A stretch of DNA of 64,000 nucleotides from Octopus sinensis (taxonomy: Eukaryota), in NCBI RefSeq assembly GCF_006345805.1, contig NC_043006.1:32488001-32552000 (forward strand). The letters are read 5' to 3'. This document shows positions 26,391 through 39,847 of the stretch, piece after piece (within the stretch, counting starts at the first letter, position 1; each line of letters starts with the position of its first letter). Both the position numbers and the translations under genes were made by a program. The notes under the pieces were generated by a model, which worked only from the letters and a program-made list of their open reading frames with translations, did not search any database and was not told the DNA's origin.

Positions 26391-26713
26391 TAATCGTGGA
26401 TAAAAAATCAAATACGATAGCTATTTCGTTGAAGAGATTTGGCATTCCAGCAGAGAAGAATATACCTCAGTAGCTGGAAAAGATTTGTTTCTTTTCACAG
26501 AATTTTCGACACCACATGAATTAGACTTTTACTTACTGATAAACATAAAAGCGAAGAAGGTAAATTATTGAAAGCTTTCAAGAAGAAATTAATTTGGTTA
26601 TCGCATATGCATCTCAAAATTACAAAAATTAATACACTTCTATATTTAAGAGATGAAGAATTATGTACATTATTTACATGTGACGGATCTTTCTCCTCAT
26701 CTTGTTTATTGTT

Positions 26714-26759
26714 AACACAACGTTTCGGCTGATGTACCCTCCAGCCTTCATCAGGTGTC
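26714..26759 (-). ncRNA. Minimal type I hammerhead motif (family HH-C), GUU triplet
   Basis: Minus strand: gacac-CTGATGA-A-ggctg(gagggtacat)cagcc-GAAAC-GTT-gtgtt; stem III reduced to the palindrome AACGTT. Confidence 0.75.
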
Positions 26760-26805
26760 TTGGGGAAATTTCGAACTTGGGTTCTCATTCCTAAGGTATT
26801 TTTAG

Positions 26806-27142
<337 letters not shown>

Positions 27143-29040
27143 CACACCTTTCTGTGCGAAGTTCGTCAGTAATATTTTTATTCGGTTTAGTCAGTTGTTG
27201 TGAAACCAGAGTTATTTGGTTACTCTTTCTAAGACCGGAAACAAACACAGATTGGATCATGTAGTCCAGGATACACTATTCCGAAAAGAAATTCCTCGGA
27301 ACATGATTTGTTTGATCAGAGCTGGCTAGAAGTTAAACAATCATAACACCAGCGAAAAGTACATCCATTTGTAGAATTATAAACAAGATACATTAGGTCA
27401 TTTTTAAGCTTCCTCACAGAAATTGAAAACAAAACATGTTTCTACATGGTTTGTATAGCTATTCACGACCACAGCATATACAATTACATGTGGAATAATG
27501 TAAAGTTGCTTATCAATTCATCAGTAATCATAAATGTTAAGGTATATATGCGATGTAATGTCATGAATTTTAAATGTCTAAGCAATCTCTTTTTGCCTTT
27601 AGGTTTCGTATATATCAACAAACGCTTATGTTTTTCAAAAATCAAATCAAAAAAGAAAAAGAGAAAAAGCCCTCAAGACAAACTTCAATATCAATGAGGT
27701 CAAATGAGTTTATTACAAAAGATCGATATCTATATCGATAACATTGACAACTTGAAGTATATGAAGAAAGAAACAAACGAAAACTGTATACATGCATATG
27801 TTTATCTTGACAGGATTAATCCAATGTCTTTCGAATATAAAATCTCTAGAAAGCATAACTAAACGTCAAAACTAAGGGGGCAATAGGAATGCATTAATAA
27901 TAGACATCACGGAAGAGTGAAATGAAACGACGTGTTGCCTAATTTGCTATATAGTTTCCTTGCAAACTCAATAATCAATAATATTAATCTTTCTGGGGTC
28001 GTTCTACTGTATCAGCATCAGATAATAGTCTTTGCATTCAATAATCCCTGTCTCAAAACGGATTTCCGACGAAAAGCAGAATATTATTATAGTGAATATG
28101 TTTACATAGTAAATATACGCCAAAGTACATTATCTCCTGTTCACACACACACACGCACACACTCATGTATAAACCCACATAAATGATAAATATCTATACA
28201 TACAAAACTTCCTTACCGCACATTTACATGCATTAATGGCGACAAACGAAAGAAAATTACTCAATGATGGGTGGAGAATATGGATATATGAAATCAGTTA
28301 CACGGAGCGGAAATTGTTTGAAACTCTGAGATATAAAATGCAGAGATATTATCGAAGTAAATTTGGATCACCACTCAACCATTTTGGACACGACAGATTA
28401 AACAATATCATCTGGCCGACCAGCAACAAACATCGCATTAGTTTGATACCGTCGCCCGTCATCATCATTCGATGAATAAGATCCAATGAGGAGAACCAGC
28501 TGAAAATACCTGAACAGTGTACTTTCTCAATACGATAACACTTGCGACATATCGCTAATTTGCTAAAAGAAAGCCAGTCAAGAGCGCAGTTAGGATATTT
28601 TTTTCTGTACCCACCGCAATCGTCTCATATAACGTGTTCAAATTATAATTTTGATGCGGTCGCTCACCAGCAGTCTGCAAGGAATTTCGACCATAAATTC
28701 TTAGTCAAGATTCCGTAATTTCTACCTTCAAGATATTTGGACAAGCAAATAGAACGTTGGTAATAAGTCGTGAATAAAGTGGAAGAATATATTATTCATT
28801 AATTTCTTAAAGTTGCTGATAAATACGAAAACAAATAGGGAAAAAAGCGTGCGAATTTATCCGACAACACAGTTAAATATGTATGTATATATATAAATCT
28901 TTATATATATATATATATTATTTTCATGTATATATATATAAATCTTTATATATATATATATATTATTTTCATAAAGCTTCCCGTCATATATATATATATA
29001 ATATATATATATATATATTATTTTCATAAAGCTTCCCGTC

Positions 29041-29091
<51 letters not shown>

Positions 29092-29119
29092 CTGTGTGTA
29101 TGTATGTATGTATATGTAT

Positions 29120-31060
29120 GGATTTATAAGATTTTTGGAAAGTTATTAACTATTTAAAAAGATATCTATCAGAATGTCATTGACTTTTTGGGAAAATGTT
29201 TGTGAATATTGGTATGTTGTGTCTAGTGTGAATTTTGTGTGCAAGTGTTTTCGTTGTTCAACTTATTAAACATTCGTGTTTCGGGTTAATTTTTTGGGAG
29301 GAAGTAACAGTGTCGTCTATTTCCGGTATGGCGTCGGATTTAGAATTCTTACAAAGCATGCTTTTGTCTTTCGTAGTTGTTCCTTTTCACCTTTTACTTT
29401 GTAAAAACAAAATATTTTGAATTTTCCATTTACACAAATATTTGAATATTTACTATATGGAACATTGCTATGAGATAAATCTTTAATTTTCTGTTTATGT
29501 AAATTTACACATCAGGTTAGCTTTGTTTCTGTCGCTCCATTGTAATTCTCATTGCACTGTGGGCATGTGATGCAGTGAATGAGATTCTTTGTTTTGCGAT
29601 CCATGTTTACATTCACTTTCAATTCCTTCTCATTCTTGAATCTTTGCTTCTTATTTCCCATCTTCCACAACGAGGGTCTCCATAGTTTGTGTTCTGCATC
29701 ACTTCTTTCTCTGATGTGAATCTTCAATTGAGAGGAGTCTCTTGTGATTTGTGGTAGTCTTCGGTTCTTGATGATTTGTGATGTGTTAATTCTTTGTCAG
29801 AGATTCAATGATTGAAGTAGAAATGGAAGATAATATTTGGCTGAATGCCGGATGCTGTTCCTAGGAATATGGTTGACTACAATTGGCATATTCATATTTG
29901 CATTTTTGTCTTCCTCGTCAATATAAATGTGTCCCCAAGAAATAGAGATCTGGATTTCGTTTGCTTCGTCCATGGCATGATTTGTTAGCTTTTGCGGGTA
30001 CTTTTTGATCGTAAAAGAAATACCAGTAATTTTCTTGTCAGATTTGTTCTGTAAGTATTAAGCGTATAAGTATTGCTTTAGTGAATGTTGTGTTTCTTTT
30101 TGTATTGGAAGGGTAGCAAGATCTAAAATTTAAATTTTGGTGTCTGTATCAATGCGGTAGAAAGCGTCTGTAACTGTCTTATTTTCTTGAATTATGAAAA
30201 AGGAGTTCCACTTTCATTCGCTTCATTTATTAATTTCAGGACTCTTGTAAGCATAATATGAAGCAGTCATCGAAGAGTCTTTTTAATTACTTATCAAATA
30301 CGTTTGAAAATACGGATCAAATCTAATTGTAAATAGAATAGAGATTTTTCTTCCAGGTATCCAATAACTGGTGTCACCAACGTTGGTGTGGCTTTTGGAC
30401 AATTGCTGTGCCTTGTATGTGTATGTAATTGTTTGTTGTCAAAGAAGAAATAGTTATTTACCAGTACTAATTGCAATCTTTCAAGAATAAATTCTTGGAA
30501 ATTACTCCACAAATCCTTGTGGTTCTATCGACAATTTTGCCTGTTGTCCAAATCTATGAGGAATATTTGTGTAGAGACTGATTACGTCAAAGCCAACTAA
30601 AATTGTCTTTTTATCTATTCGTTCAGGAATATGGTTTTGGAATCCATGTCATCTCTGATCAAGCTAGAAACCAATCTGCACAAAGATTTCCAAATTATGT
30701 CAAGCAATTGGCTTAATTGTTGGGTTCTAGAAACTGATCCTGTCATTGGACGTCATCTCGGGTCAGATGGTTCAGGAATCTTTACATAGGGTGTATAGAG
30801 GTACTTTTAGCTGTTTTCATAGATTTTTGGAAGTCTACATTTTACCTCATTTTTTAACTTCTTTTTCCTTAACTCATTCTCTGTTAATTTACCATTTCTA
30901 CTCATTGTTGTTTATCTGCATTAGTTTATATTTGTGTTAAGAAAAGTTAGTATTTCTCAGACAATTTCCATATATTGTGTCATGTCCATTATTATAATGG
31001 ATCCTCTTTCGTCGGCATCTTTAATGACTATAGAAGAATCTTCCTGTAAATATGTTTTGC
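29120..31060 (-). pseudogene. Penelope-like element, decayed RT + GIY-YIG endonuclease
   Basis: Minus strand: IVIKDADERGSIIIMD; VGFDVISLYTNIPH; LVLVNNYFFFD; TPTLVTPVIGYLEEK; NLIHCITCPQCNENYNGATETKL...GKFKIF; many stops and frameshifts. Confidence 0.88.
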
Positions 31061-31144
31061 TCACACACAAACACACATACGCACACGCGCACGCGCACAC
31101 ATGGACATACATGCATATATATACATATATATATTTATAAACAC

Positions 31145-31207
<63 letters not shown>

Positions 31208-31484
31208 ATATATATATATTATATATTGTTCGTTTGTTTTCCACCTGCCTTCGTCTTTTGTTTATTTTCATAAAGCTTCCCGTTATATATATATATACAC
31301 ACATATATACCTAAATACAGACATACACATATATACATACATATACATATATACATACAGGTATATATACATATGTATACATTTGTATATTTGTGTACAT
31401 ATATATGCATATGTATATATGTGCGTATGTATCTCTTTCTCTTTCTCTCTCTCTCTCTCTTTATCTTTCTCTTTTTCTGCCCCC

Positions 31485-31548
<64 letters not shown>

Positions 31549-32455
31549 GAGGGAAATATGGAGAAGAAAATGGAAAATAAAAGGATCTAATTACTAATTT
31601 ATTTGTATGTAGAAAGATGACGTTTTTTTTAAAACAGTACAAATAAATTGGAATTGAAAGCTTAAAAATTTAAGCAAAAAGACAAAAAACGCAAGATGAA
31701 CCTACATATACGTTTCTGTCAAACCAGCAAGTAGATGGGAATCTCCAAAACATGTTGTTTAATGTCAAGGAAATTGTCACATTCATACTACTTTATGGTT
31801 GGACTTCTTCAGGGTTCAAAAAGAGCTAACTCCACTTAAGTAATCATTATATTAAAAGAATTAATGATTACCTAAGTGGACTAACCTCTTTTCGAACCCT
31901 GAAGAAGTCCAACGATAAAATAGTATGGATGTGGCATTTTTCCTGATATTAAACACGTTTTGGAAATTCCCAACTACTTATTGGCTTGACAGAAACATAT
32001 ACGTTTCTGTCAAACCAGCAAGTAGATGGGAATCTCCAAAACATGTTGTTTAATGTCAAGGAAATTGTCACATTCATACTATTTTATGGTTGGACTTCCT
32101 CAGGGTTCAAAAAGAGCTAACTCCACTTAAGTAATCATTATATTAAAAGAATTAATGATTACCTAAGTGGACTAACCTCTTTTCGAAACCTAAAGAAGTC
32201 CAACGATAAAATAGTATGGATGTGGCATTTTTCCTGATATTAAACACGTTTTGGAAATTCCCAACTACTTGTTGGCTTGACAGAAACATATATGTAGATT
32301 CATCTTACGTTTTGTTTTTCTTAACTGAGCCATCAACTTTCTATTTATTCGTAATGCTTTTTTTTTTTTAAAAAAACGTCATCTTTCTACAACATGCAAA
32401 TAAATCAGTAATTACATCCATTTATTCTCCATTTTCTTCTCCTTGTTTTTCCCTC
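31549..32455. mobile_element. ~0.9-kb imperfect foldback (family HH-D) with an internal 291-bp tandem duplication and four hammerhead cores
   Basis: Outer arms 31549-31850 / 32150-32455 are diverged inverted repeats; 31712-32002 repeats at 32003-32293; cores at 31806-31812(-), 31899-31905(+), 32097-32103(-), 32190-32196(+). Confidence 0.85.
31697..31818 (-). ncRNA. Type I hammerhead motif with 89-nt stem II
   Basis: Minus strand: tgaacc-CTGAAGA-[a gtc c aacc ata aagtag...ctactt gct ggtt t gac a]-GAAAC-gtatat-GTA-ggttca; 6-bp stem I. Confidence 0.72.
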
Positions 32456-32599
32456 CACATTAATAATTTCAATAATCCTAAACATATACCAATGACTTTA
32501 TCATTATATGATACAGATTAAACCAGTGGGATACCTTGGATTATATAATCCCTAACGAGGACTTAATTTTCTTGAATTAATTCTATATAATAGTAGTAG

Positions 32600-32750
32600 C
32601 CCCAGCGCTTGACTGGTTCTTATTTTACTGATCCCTAAATGGATGAAAGGTAAAGTCGACCTCGGCAGAATTTGAGCTCAGGAAGTAAGCCAGGAAAACG
32701 TGCCGACAGACATCTTGTCTTTGACGACAACGATTCTGACAGCTCACCAC
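32600..32750 (-). mobile_element. SINE family B, degenerate
   Basis: ggatgaaaggtaaagtcgacctcggcagaatttgagctcag. Confidence 0.75.
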
Positions 32751-33249
32751 CTTATATATTAGTATATGTAAGCATTTATAACTATTCATACGTATACATA
32801 CATACATTCACACACAATCGCACGTACAAACACATACACACACATATATACATATGGACATATATATATATATATATATATAATATATATATATACATCC
32901 ACTGAAACTTATATACACATACATGCTACTTTGTGTGTGCGTGTGCATATGTATGTGTGTGCGTGCGTGCGTGTGCCTAAATGTATCCATATTGGAATGA
33001 ATGCCCTTTGTGTATTTAATATAATTCAAGTGATTATAAATATTTATGGAATTCCACATATCCAACGAATAAAATATTGAAAAATATGAAATCATAGAAT
33101 GAAAATGTCTCAGCCGCACATGCGCACTTACTTAAATACTTACACAAACACACACACGCACGCACACACACACACATACACACACACATACACACATACA
33201 CACACACATACACACACACACACACACACGCACACACGCACATATATAG

Positions 33250-33630
33250 CCGTTGGTATGGGTGTGCGGTTTAGAAGCTTGCTTTATAATCTTGCATTTA
33301 CAGGTTCAGTCCCACTGCGTTGCTGATTGGGCACGTGTCTTCTATTATAGTCTTCTATTATAGCCTAAAGCTTCATGAGCGGATTTGTTAGACGGAAACT
33401 GGAAGAAGCCTGTCGTATACAAATAGATGTGTGTGTGTATGTGTGTGAGTGTGAGTATGTCTGTATTATTGTGCATTTTGTCTGTGCTTGTCCTGCACCA
33501 CCGGTTTAACAACCAGTGTTGGTGTTTCGACGTCCACGAGATCAATTAAAATGATTTAAGGCAATGAATCAATGGCCCATTGCCCCAGCATAGCCGTTGT
33601 CTGACTGAAACAAATAAAAGGGAAAGATAA
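33250..33630 (+). mobile_element. SINE family A (another 3' half at 33925-34130)
   Basis: ggttcagtcccactgcg...gacggaaactggaagaagcctgtcg...gactgaaacaaataaaag. Confidence 0.8.
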
Positions 33631-33647
33631 AAGATGTCTCTGTTCTC

Positions 33648-33708
<61 letters not shown>

Positions 33709-33749
33709 ATATGCGCATATATATGCACATACATACCTACATATATGCA

Positions 33750-33899
<150 letters not shown>

Positions 33900-34485
33900 T
33901 ATATATATATATATATATATGGCTATCTGTGTGTTTTAGTGTTTGTGTATGTCACAACCCCACTGTTTGATAACCAGTGTTAGCTTGTTCATGTCTTAGC
34001 AACGAGCTTAGCGGTTCGATAAAAAAGAAGCTTAAATAAGTGTCAGAGTTAAAAAACATAGATATTATGATTGATTCGAAATGACTACATGCCTTGGAAG
34101 CGGTGCCCCAGCATTGCCACAGTTCAACAGATATACATTGATACAAACACATCTATATACGTGAAATTTGTGTGTATATGTGCGCATGCGCACTTCATTA
34201 AATTTTATGTAGATATTCTTATGAATATATAAATTCATGTCCAGTGATGAAATATTGTCGTGTGTTAAAGATATTGTAATATTTCCTATTTGTGTGTCAT
34301 TAATTTCAGTCAACACACACAGTCGTATATAATAAATATGTGTATACACATCTGTTTATATGCTCATATATATGTATGTGTGTTTGTGTACTCCTCTCTC
34401 ATTCTCTCCATGTAGACATGTACATATATAAACATATACGCACATAAATAGACACATACATACTCACACACACACATATATATAC

Positions 34486-34521
<36 letters not shown>

Positions 34522-35114
34522 ATGTATTCACACACTCATACACACATATACTTGCACAAACTGACATACACTGTTGTGTAAGGCATAGAAAGATGGCGGT
34601 AATATATGCTTACTAATGGACGTGTGTGTCTTTGCACAGCAATATTTATGGATATAAATGTAAGAGGTGTGTCTATAAACCTAGATGGATGTAGGCATGT
34701 ACGATTACAAACATTTCCTTGTATAAATGTTTTTGTATATGGAGTGGGAGTCTCGAGTGCATTATATGAAAACGACAATTTCTTGTTAATCCACATTTGA
34801 AAGGTATTTAGATTAAGTATCAAGAGAGAAGTGCAATGAAACGTGATATGAGGATTAAAATTCCACTCTACGAAGAAATGCCTTTCTCGATCATACAATC
34901 CGCACACACGTTCACAGAACCACACAAATACACATGTACATATGCACACACACACACACCAACACACACACACACACTCACACGCACACACACACACACA
35001 CGCTCGCACGCATATACACAAACACATACACACACACTCACACGCATAATTCCTCTTATCCATCACTCACATAAAAATAGATATTTACAATCATATATTT
35101 TTGACACACAATTA

Positions 35115-35196
<82 letters not shown>

Positions 35197-35316
35197 GTGT
35201 GTGTTATGTGTGAATTTACGCACACACACAACACATATATATATGGATAGGTATGTCTATACAAACACACACATATAGGTATAGATATATAAATATGTAT
35301 ATATATATATATATAT

Positions 35317-35386
<70 letters not shown>

Positions 35387-35389
<3 letters not shown>

Positions 35390-35783
35390 AGTGGCTGTGT
35401 GGTAAGTAGCTTGCTACCAGCCACATGGTTCCGGGTTCAGTCCCACTGCGCGGCACCTTGGGCAAATGTCTTCTATATAGCCTCGGGCGACCACAGCCTT
35501 GTGAGTGGATTTGGTAGACGGAAACTGAGTGAAGCTCGTCATATATATGTATATATATGTATGTGTGTGTGCATGTTTGTGTGTCTGTGTTTGTCCCCCT
35601 AGCATTGCTTGACAACCGATGCTGATGTGTTTACGTCCCCGTCACTTAGCGGTTCGGCAAAAGAGACCGATAGAATAAGTACTGGGCTTACAAAGAATAA
35701 GTCCCGGGGTCGAGTTGCTCGATTAAAGGCGGTGCTCCAGCATGGCTGCAGTCAAATGACTGAAACAAGTAAAAGTAAAAGAG
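35387..35783 (+). mobile_element. SINE family A, full length, low divergence
   Basis: ggagtggctgtgtggtaagtagcttgc...atgactgaaacaagtaaaagtaaaagag. Confidence 0.93.
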
Positions 35784-35788
35784 TATAT

Positions 35789-35836
<48 letters not shown>

Positions 35837-36199
35837 CTGGTATAGATATAAATTTATATTTATATTCATACATATATACACACTCATTTGTATATTAATA
35901 TACACAATCTCTCACACACACACAAATATTTAAATATGCATATTAGGTAGGATGCCATGCATTGTTGTACTCTTATATCCTACTCTTATAAACATATTAC
36001 ATTATACCCGTATTATCCGAACAGAGAGAGTCTAGTTTGCTAAAAGCATTTGCTGACATTTCGAATGCATTTAATATGTATGTTCTAAGTGGTTCCGTAA
36101 TGAAATGTTACGTAGGTAAAATTCTTTTCAGTCGTAACAAAAAGAAACATGTTAGTGGAATCATGTCTGTGTCTATGCCTAGTAGAATAGATAAGAAAA

Positions 36200-36780
36200 G
36201 TTACACAGAACCAGATAAAAACGTAGAAGAAAAAAGAAAGGATCTAAGCATTGTTGGGATTGACGATCAGAAGACCTTTGCCAGTATCCACCAGCCAACA
36301 GCTGAATATGGCAGAGTACCCGCTGGAGTGAAGAATTTTCAACCAAAGACTTCTTGATCTGGAATTGCTTAGTAGAGAATTCTAAATCTGTATACGAATA
36401 GTGAGATAGTGGAGTAATGTTTACCGAATATCTTGCGCGAACTTTATGCAGAAAATAAGTTTGGGTGAGGTGAATACTGTTCTGCTGTACATCATGAATT
36501 GTTCATTGTTTAGCAGGAATCAGCGCTTATCAGCAGAATATTTGTTTGCTGTATCCAGGAAAGAATTGCACCTAATAACTTTGACTGAGGATACAAAATA
36601 AGCTCGAAACACCCCGGTCCTTAAAGTCGGGACTCAAAGTCCCTTTACGCTGAAGAGACGCGTGTTTTGAATACACGCATAGACAAATGTATGGAAATGT
36701 TTTCTGATAATGAAAAAACAACAGCGATCAATATATTCACGTTTGAATCTGCCAGAATGTATTATGAATGGACATTTAAG
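36200..36780 (+). pseudogene. Highly decayed RT fragment of an R4/Dong-like LINE
   Basis: LSIVGIDDQKTFASIH (cf. AWIDYKKAFDS) and DSKSLYAEE...FSDN (cf. DDLKLYA...FSDD). Confidence 0.45.
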
Positions 36781-37338
36781 TTATTGATTGCACTATCTGT
36801 CCTGTGTGCACCTCTCGAACTAATATAGTAAAGTGTCTGTATTCTTGTTATATACATTGTTTCTTGGTAGCTCTGATTACATAGACGCACTAAAGTGGAA
36901 ACACCGTGGTATCTAATAAAAATTTTAACACTGATGATTTGCGTTTGTTATGAGGATACATTTTTTGAAAGGAGGAAATATTTTCCGATGCCGAAATACC
37001 ACATCAATTAAATTTGCACGTGCGAATGTGTCACAACGTATTGAATATGACGAGATACGCTGTTTTCTTAAAGTTAAACGTTTAATAAATTGCTCATATT
37101 TATCTAAATGGAATCTGCATTTGGTAGACATTTATTTCATTTAAACATATGCTTCAGTTACCTAGGAAATTCCGATGAAGTATGGATATATAAATGATCA
37201 GGTTCAGTCGTTATTCGAATAATTTGGAGAGTAGATCGTGTCTTGAAAGTTCGAAGCCATTCCAAAATAATCAACAAGCAGCTGTGTGACTTCCAAAACT
37301 TTTTATTTTAGCTAATGTATACCTTCGGTTGCGTAATT

Positions 37339-37384
<46 letters not shown>

Positions 37385-37391
37385 GAGAGAG

Positions 37392-38090
37392 ATAATGAGG
37401 GCGAAGAATTTTTGAGTGGAATAGTCACGGTAGATGAAACGTGAGTCTATCATTATTAGGCAGAATCCAAAAGACAGAGTATGGACTGGAAACATCCTGG
37501 CTCGCTAGCAGCAAAGAAATTCAAGACTCAGTCTTCCACGTGAAAGGTGATGCCAACCCGTTCTTGAGACTCAAAAGGACCTATACTAGAAGACTATCTA
37601 GAAAATGGATGTACGATCAACAGTGCAAGATATAGTACTTTGGTGGCCAACAAACTGAAGCCAGTAAGTCGCTCTAAACGCCAAAGCCTATTGTCGAAGA
37701 AAGCTTTGTTGTTGCATGACAATTCACGCCAAACCAGGGCCGCCCAGACCGTTGAAATCATTAACCAATTGGGTTTTGAGGTAATGGAACACCCTGCCTA
37801 CAGCCCAGATCTCACCCCTTCCGACTATCGTATATTTGGACCACAAAAATTGCTTTAAATGGTCGTCGATTTCCTACGAATGAAGATGCTAAGGAAGCGG
37901 TGCATAAAGGGTTGCGCAATCAACCGAAAACCTTCTTCTTGGAGGGAATACGCAAGGTTGTAGATCGGTGGACCAAGTGCATCGGAAAGGAAGGAGACTA
38001 TACAGAAAAATGACGTACTTGTCTAACCCCTGCTTTTGAGGAAATACATTGATAAAACAAGAATGCGTATTATTTTAACTGTCGTTCGTC
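37392..38090 (+). pseudogene. Mariner element, 3' two-thirds with right terminal repeat
   Basis: IVTVDET; LLHDNSR; HPAYSPDLTPSDYRIFGP; RWTKCIGKEGDYTEK*; several stops; ends before (TA)n. Confidence 0.92.
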
Positions 38091-38171
<81 letters not shown>

Positions 38172-38176
<5 letters not shown>

Positions 38177-38460
38177 TTTATGTCTTACGTATTTATCGCT
38201 GACGAGCGGAAAATTCTTATGAATTAACCCCGAAATTGGGACCAATACGGTAATAACGGAAATTTTTAGAAATTTCTATCGGCATGTTTCGAGACGCATA
38301 AATTATAATGGTTATTGACAATTTTGTCTTTTTTTTCGGCATATTTGGCATTAGAATTTTTCTTTCGCCATTATTTTATAAGTTGTTTATAAATTTAACC
38401 TTTAAAGGTATTTTTTGATGAAATTTTTTTTCGCAAAAAAATTTATCCTACATTAGTTAT
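38172..38460 (+). mobile_element. ~290-bp hammerhead-bearing insert (family HH-E) between (TA)n arrays
   Basis: Complex sequence bounded by TA repeats; hammerhead at 38193-38253. Confidence 0.6.
38193..38253 (+). ncRNA. Type I hammerhead motif, AUA triplet
   Basis: ttatcg-CTGACGA-gcgg aa aattc(ttat)gaatt aa cccc-GAAA-ttgg(ga)ccaa-TA-cggtaa; 6-bp stem I, 5-bp near-palindromic stem III. Confidence 0.75.
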
Positions 38461-38479
38461 ATATATATATATATATATG

Positions 38480-39377
38480 GTGACGTATATTTGCCATTTG
38501 AATATGGCTAACCCCTAAGGGTGAATGCTACTGTAGTTTGTAGCCCCAGGAGGACACCTCCTCCAGCTGGCTATAGACACACTTTCTGTGCTCTATCAGT
38601 ATTTGCAAAGGGAATCTATCCTTCCCGTCTTCAACTTATGATACACAAGGACTCGAGTTTCAGGGTATTGACCCGTTATCGGCGTGTGACAATCATAGTT
38701 GTCGATGAGAAGTTGGTTCCCTTCACAAATACATATACTTTATCCAGTATCGATTGACACTGATATTGAAAAAGTGAAATCAAACATTGATAAATCTCAG
38801 AGCGAGTTATAAACAGTGTTTCATAAGTTGAAGACGGGAAGGATGGCTTCCCTTTGCAAATACTGATAGGGCACAGAAAGTGTGTTTATAGCCAGCTGGA
38901 GGAGGTGTCCTCATGGGGCTACAAACTACAGTAGCATTCACCCTTAGGGGTTAGCCATATTCAAATGGCAAATATACGTCACGATATGTTGCTGCTACTG
39001 TTTATAACTCGCTCTGAGATTTATCATTGTTTGATTTCACTTTTTCAATATCAGTATCAATCGATACTGGAAAAAGTATATGTATTTGTGAAGGGAACCA
39101 ACATCGACAACTATGATTGTCACACGCCGATGACGGGTCAATACCCTGAAACTCGAGTCCGTGTGTATCATAAGATGAAGACGGGAAGGATGGCTTCCCT
39201 TTGCAAATACTGATAGGTCACAGAAAGTGTGTCTATAGCCAGCTGGAGGAGGTGTCCTCCTGGGGCTACAAACTACAGTAGCATTCACCCTTAGGGGTTA
39301 GCCATATTCAAATGGCAAATATACGTCACGATGTGTTGCTGCTACTGTTTATAACTAGCTCTGAGATTTATCATTGT
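38480..39377. mobile_element. Retrozyme-like element (family HH-F): 347-nt unit, ~1.6 tandem copies on + and one inverted copy
   Basis: 38821-39030 repeats at 39168-39377 (period 347); 38480-38817 is an inverted copy of the unit; flanked by (TA)n. Confidence 0.88.
39113..39171 (+). ncRNA. Type I hammerhead motif (U4C variant), GUC triplet
   Basis: cacacg-CCGATGA-cgggt(caat)accct-GAAAC-tcga-GTC-cgtgtg; stem I extends through a bulge (atgat/atcat); the inverted copy at 38644-38688 has G8A and a stem I mismatch. Confidence 0.8.
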
Positions 39378-39469
39378 TATATATATATGAACTTCTTTTA
39401 AGTATGCTGGACCAATGGTTGAAATTGATATTAATTAATAATATTTATTTCTACTCTTATTATTTAATA

Positions 39470-39505
<36 letters not shown>

Positions 39506-39785
39506 TATAAATAGGTTTTAAAGAGAAAAATAAACTACACGTGGTAGATATATAGGGGAAAGTAAGAAGAAAAAAGCGAAAATGCACATTGGATACAAAG
39601 GCTTTTTGATGCAAAGCAACGATAAATGTATACAATTTGTTGAACTGAGGTAGAATTAAGAGGAATAAAAGTCATTATTTTGAATTGCTAAAGAGATTCA
39701 AAGTCATATCAGTTTCGTAAATTGCTGGGTCTGAATTTGAATATATATATATATATCATTATTTACAGATATATATATACACACA

Positions 39786-39847
<62 letters not shown>

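Noticed and set aside
27140-27178. CTGACGA...GAAA on the minus strand
   Set aside because: Stems I-III unsupported.
36578-36700. Apparent double hammerhead (CTGAGGA, CTGAAGA)
   Set aside because: Stem II of the first is unpaired and the second lacks GAAAC; the region reads better as decayed LINE RT coding sequence.
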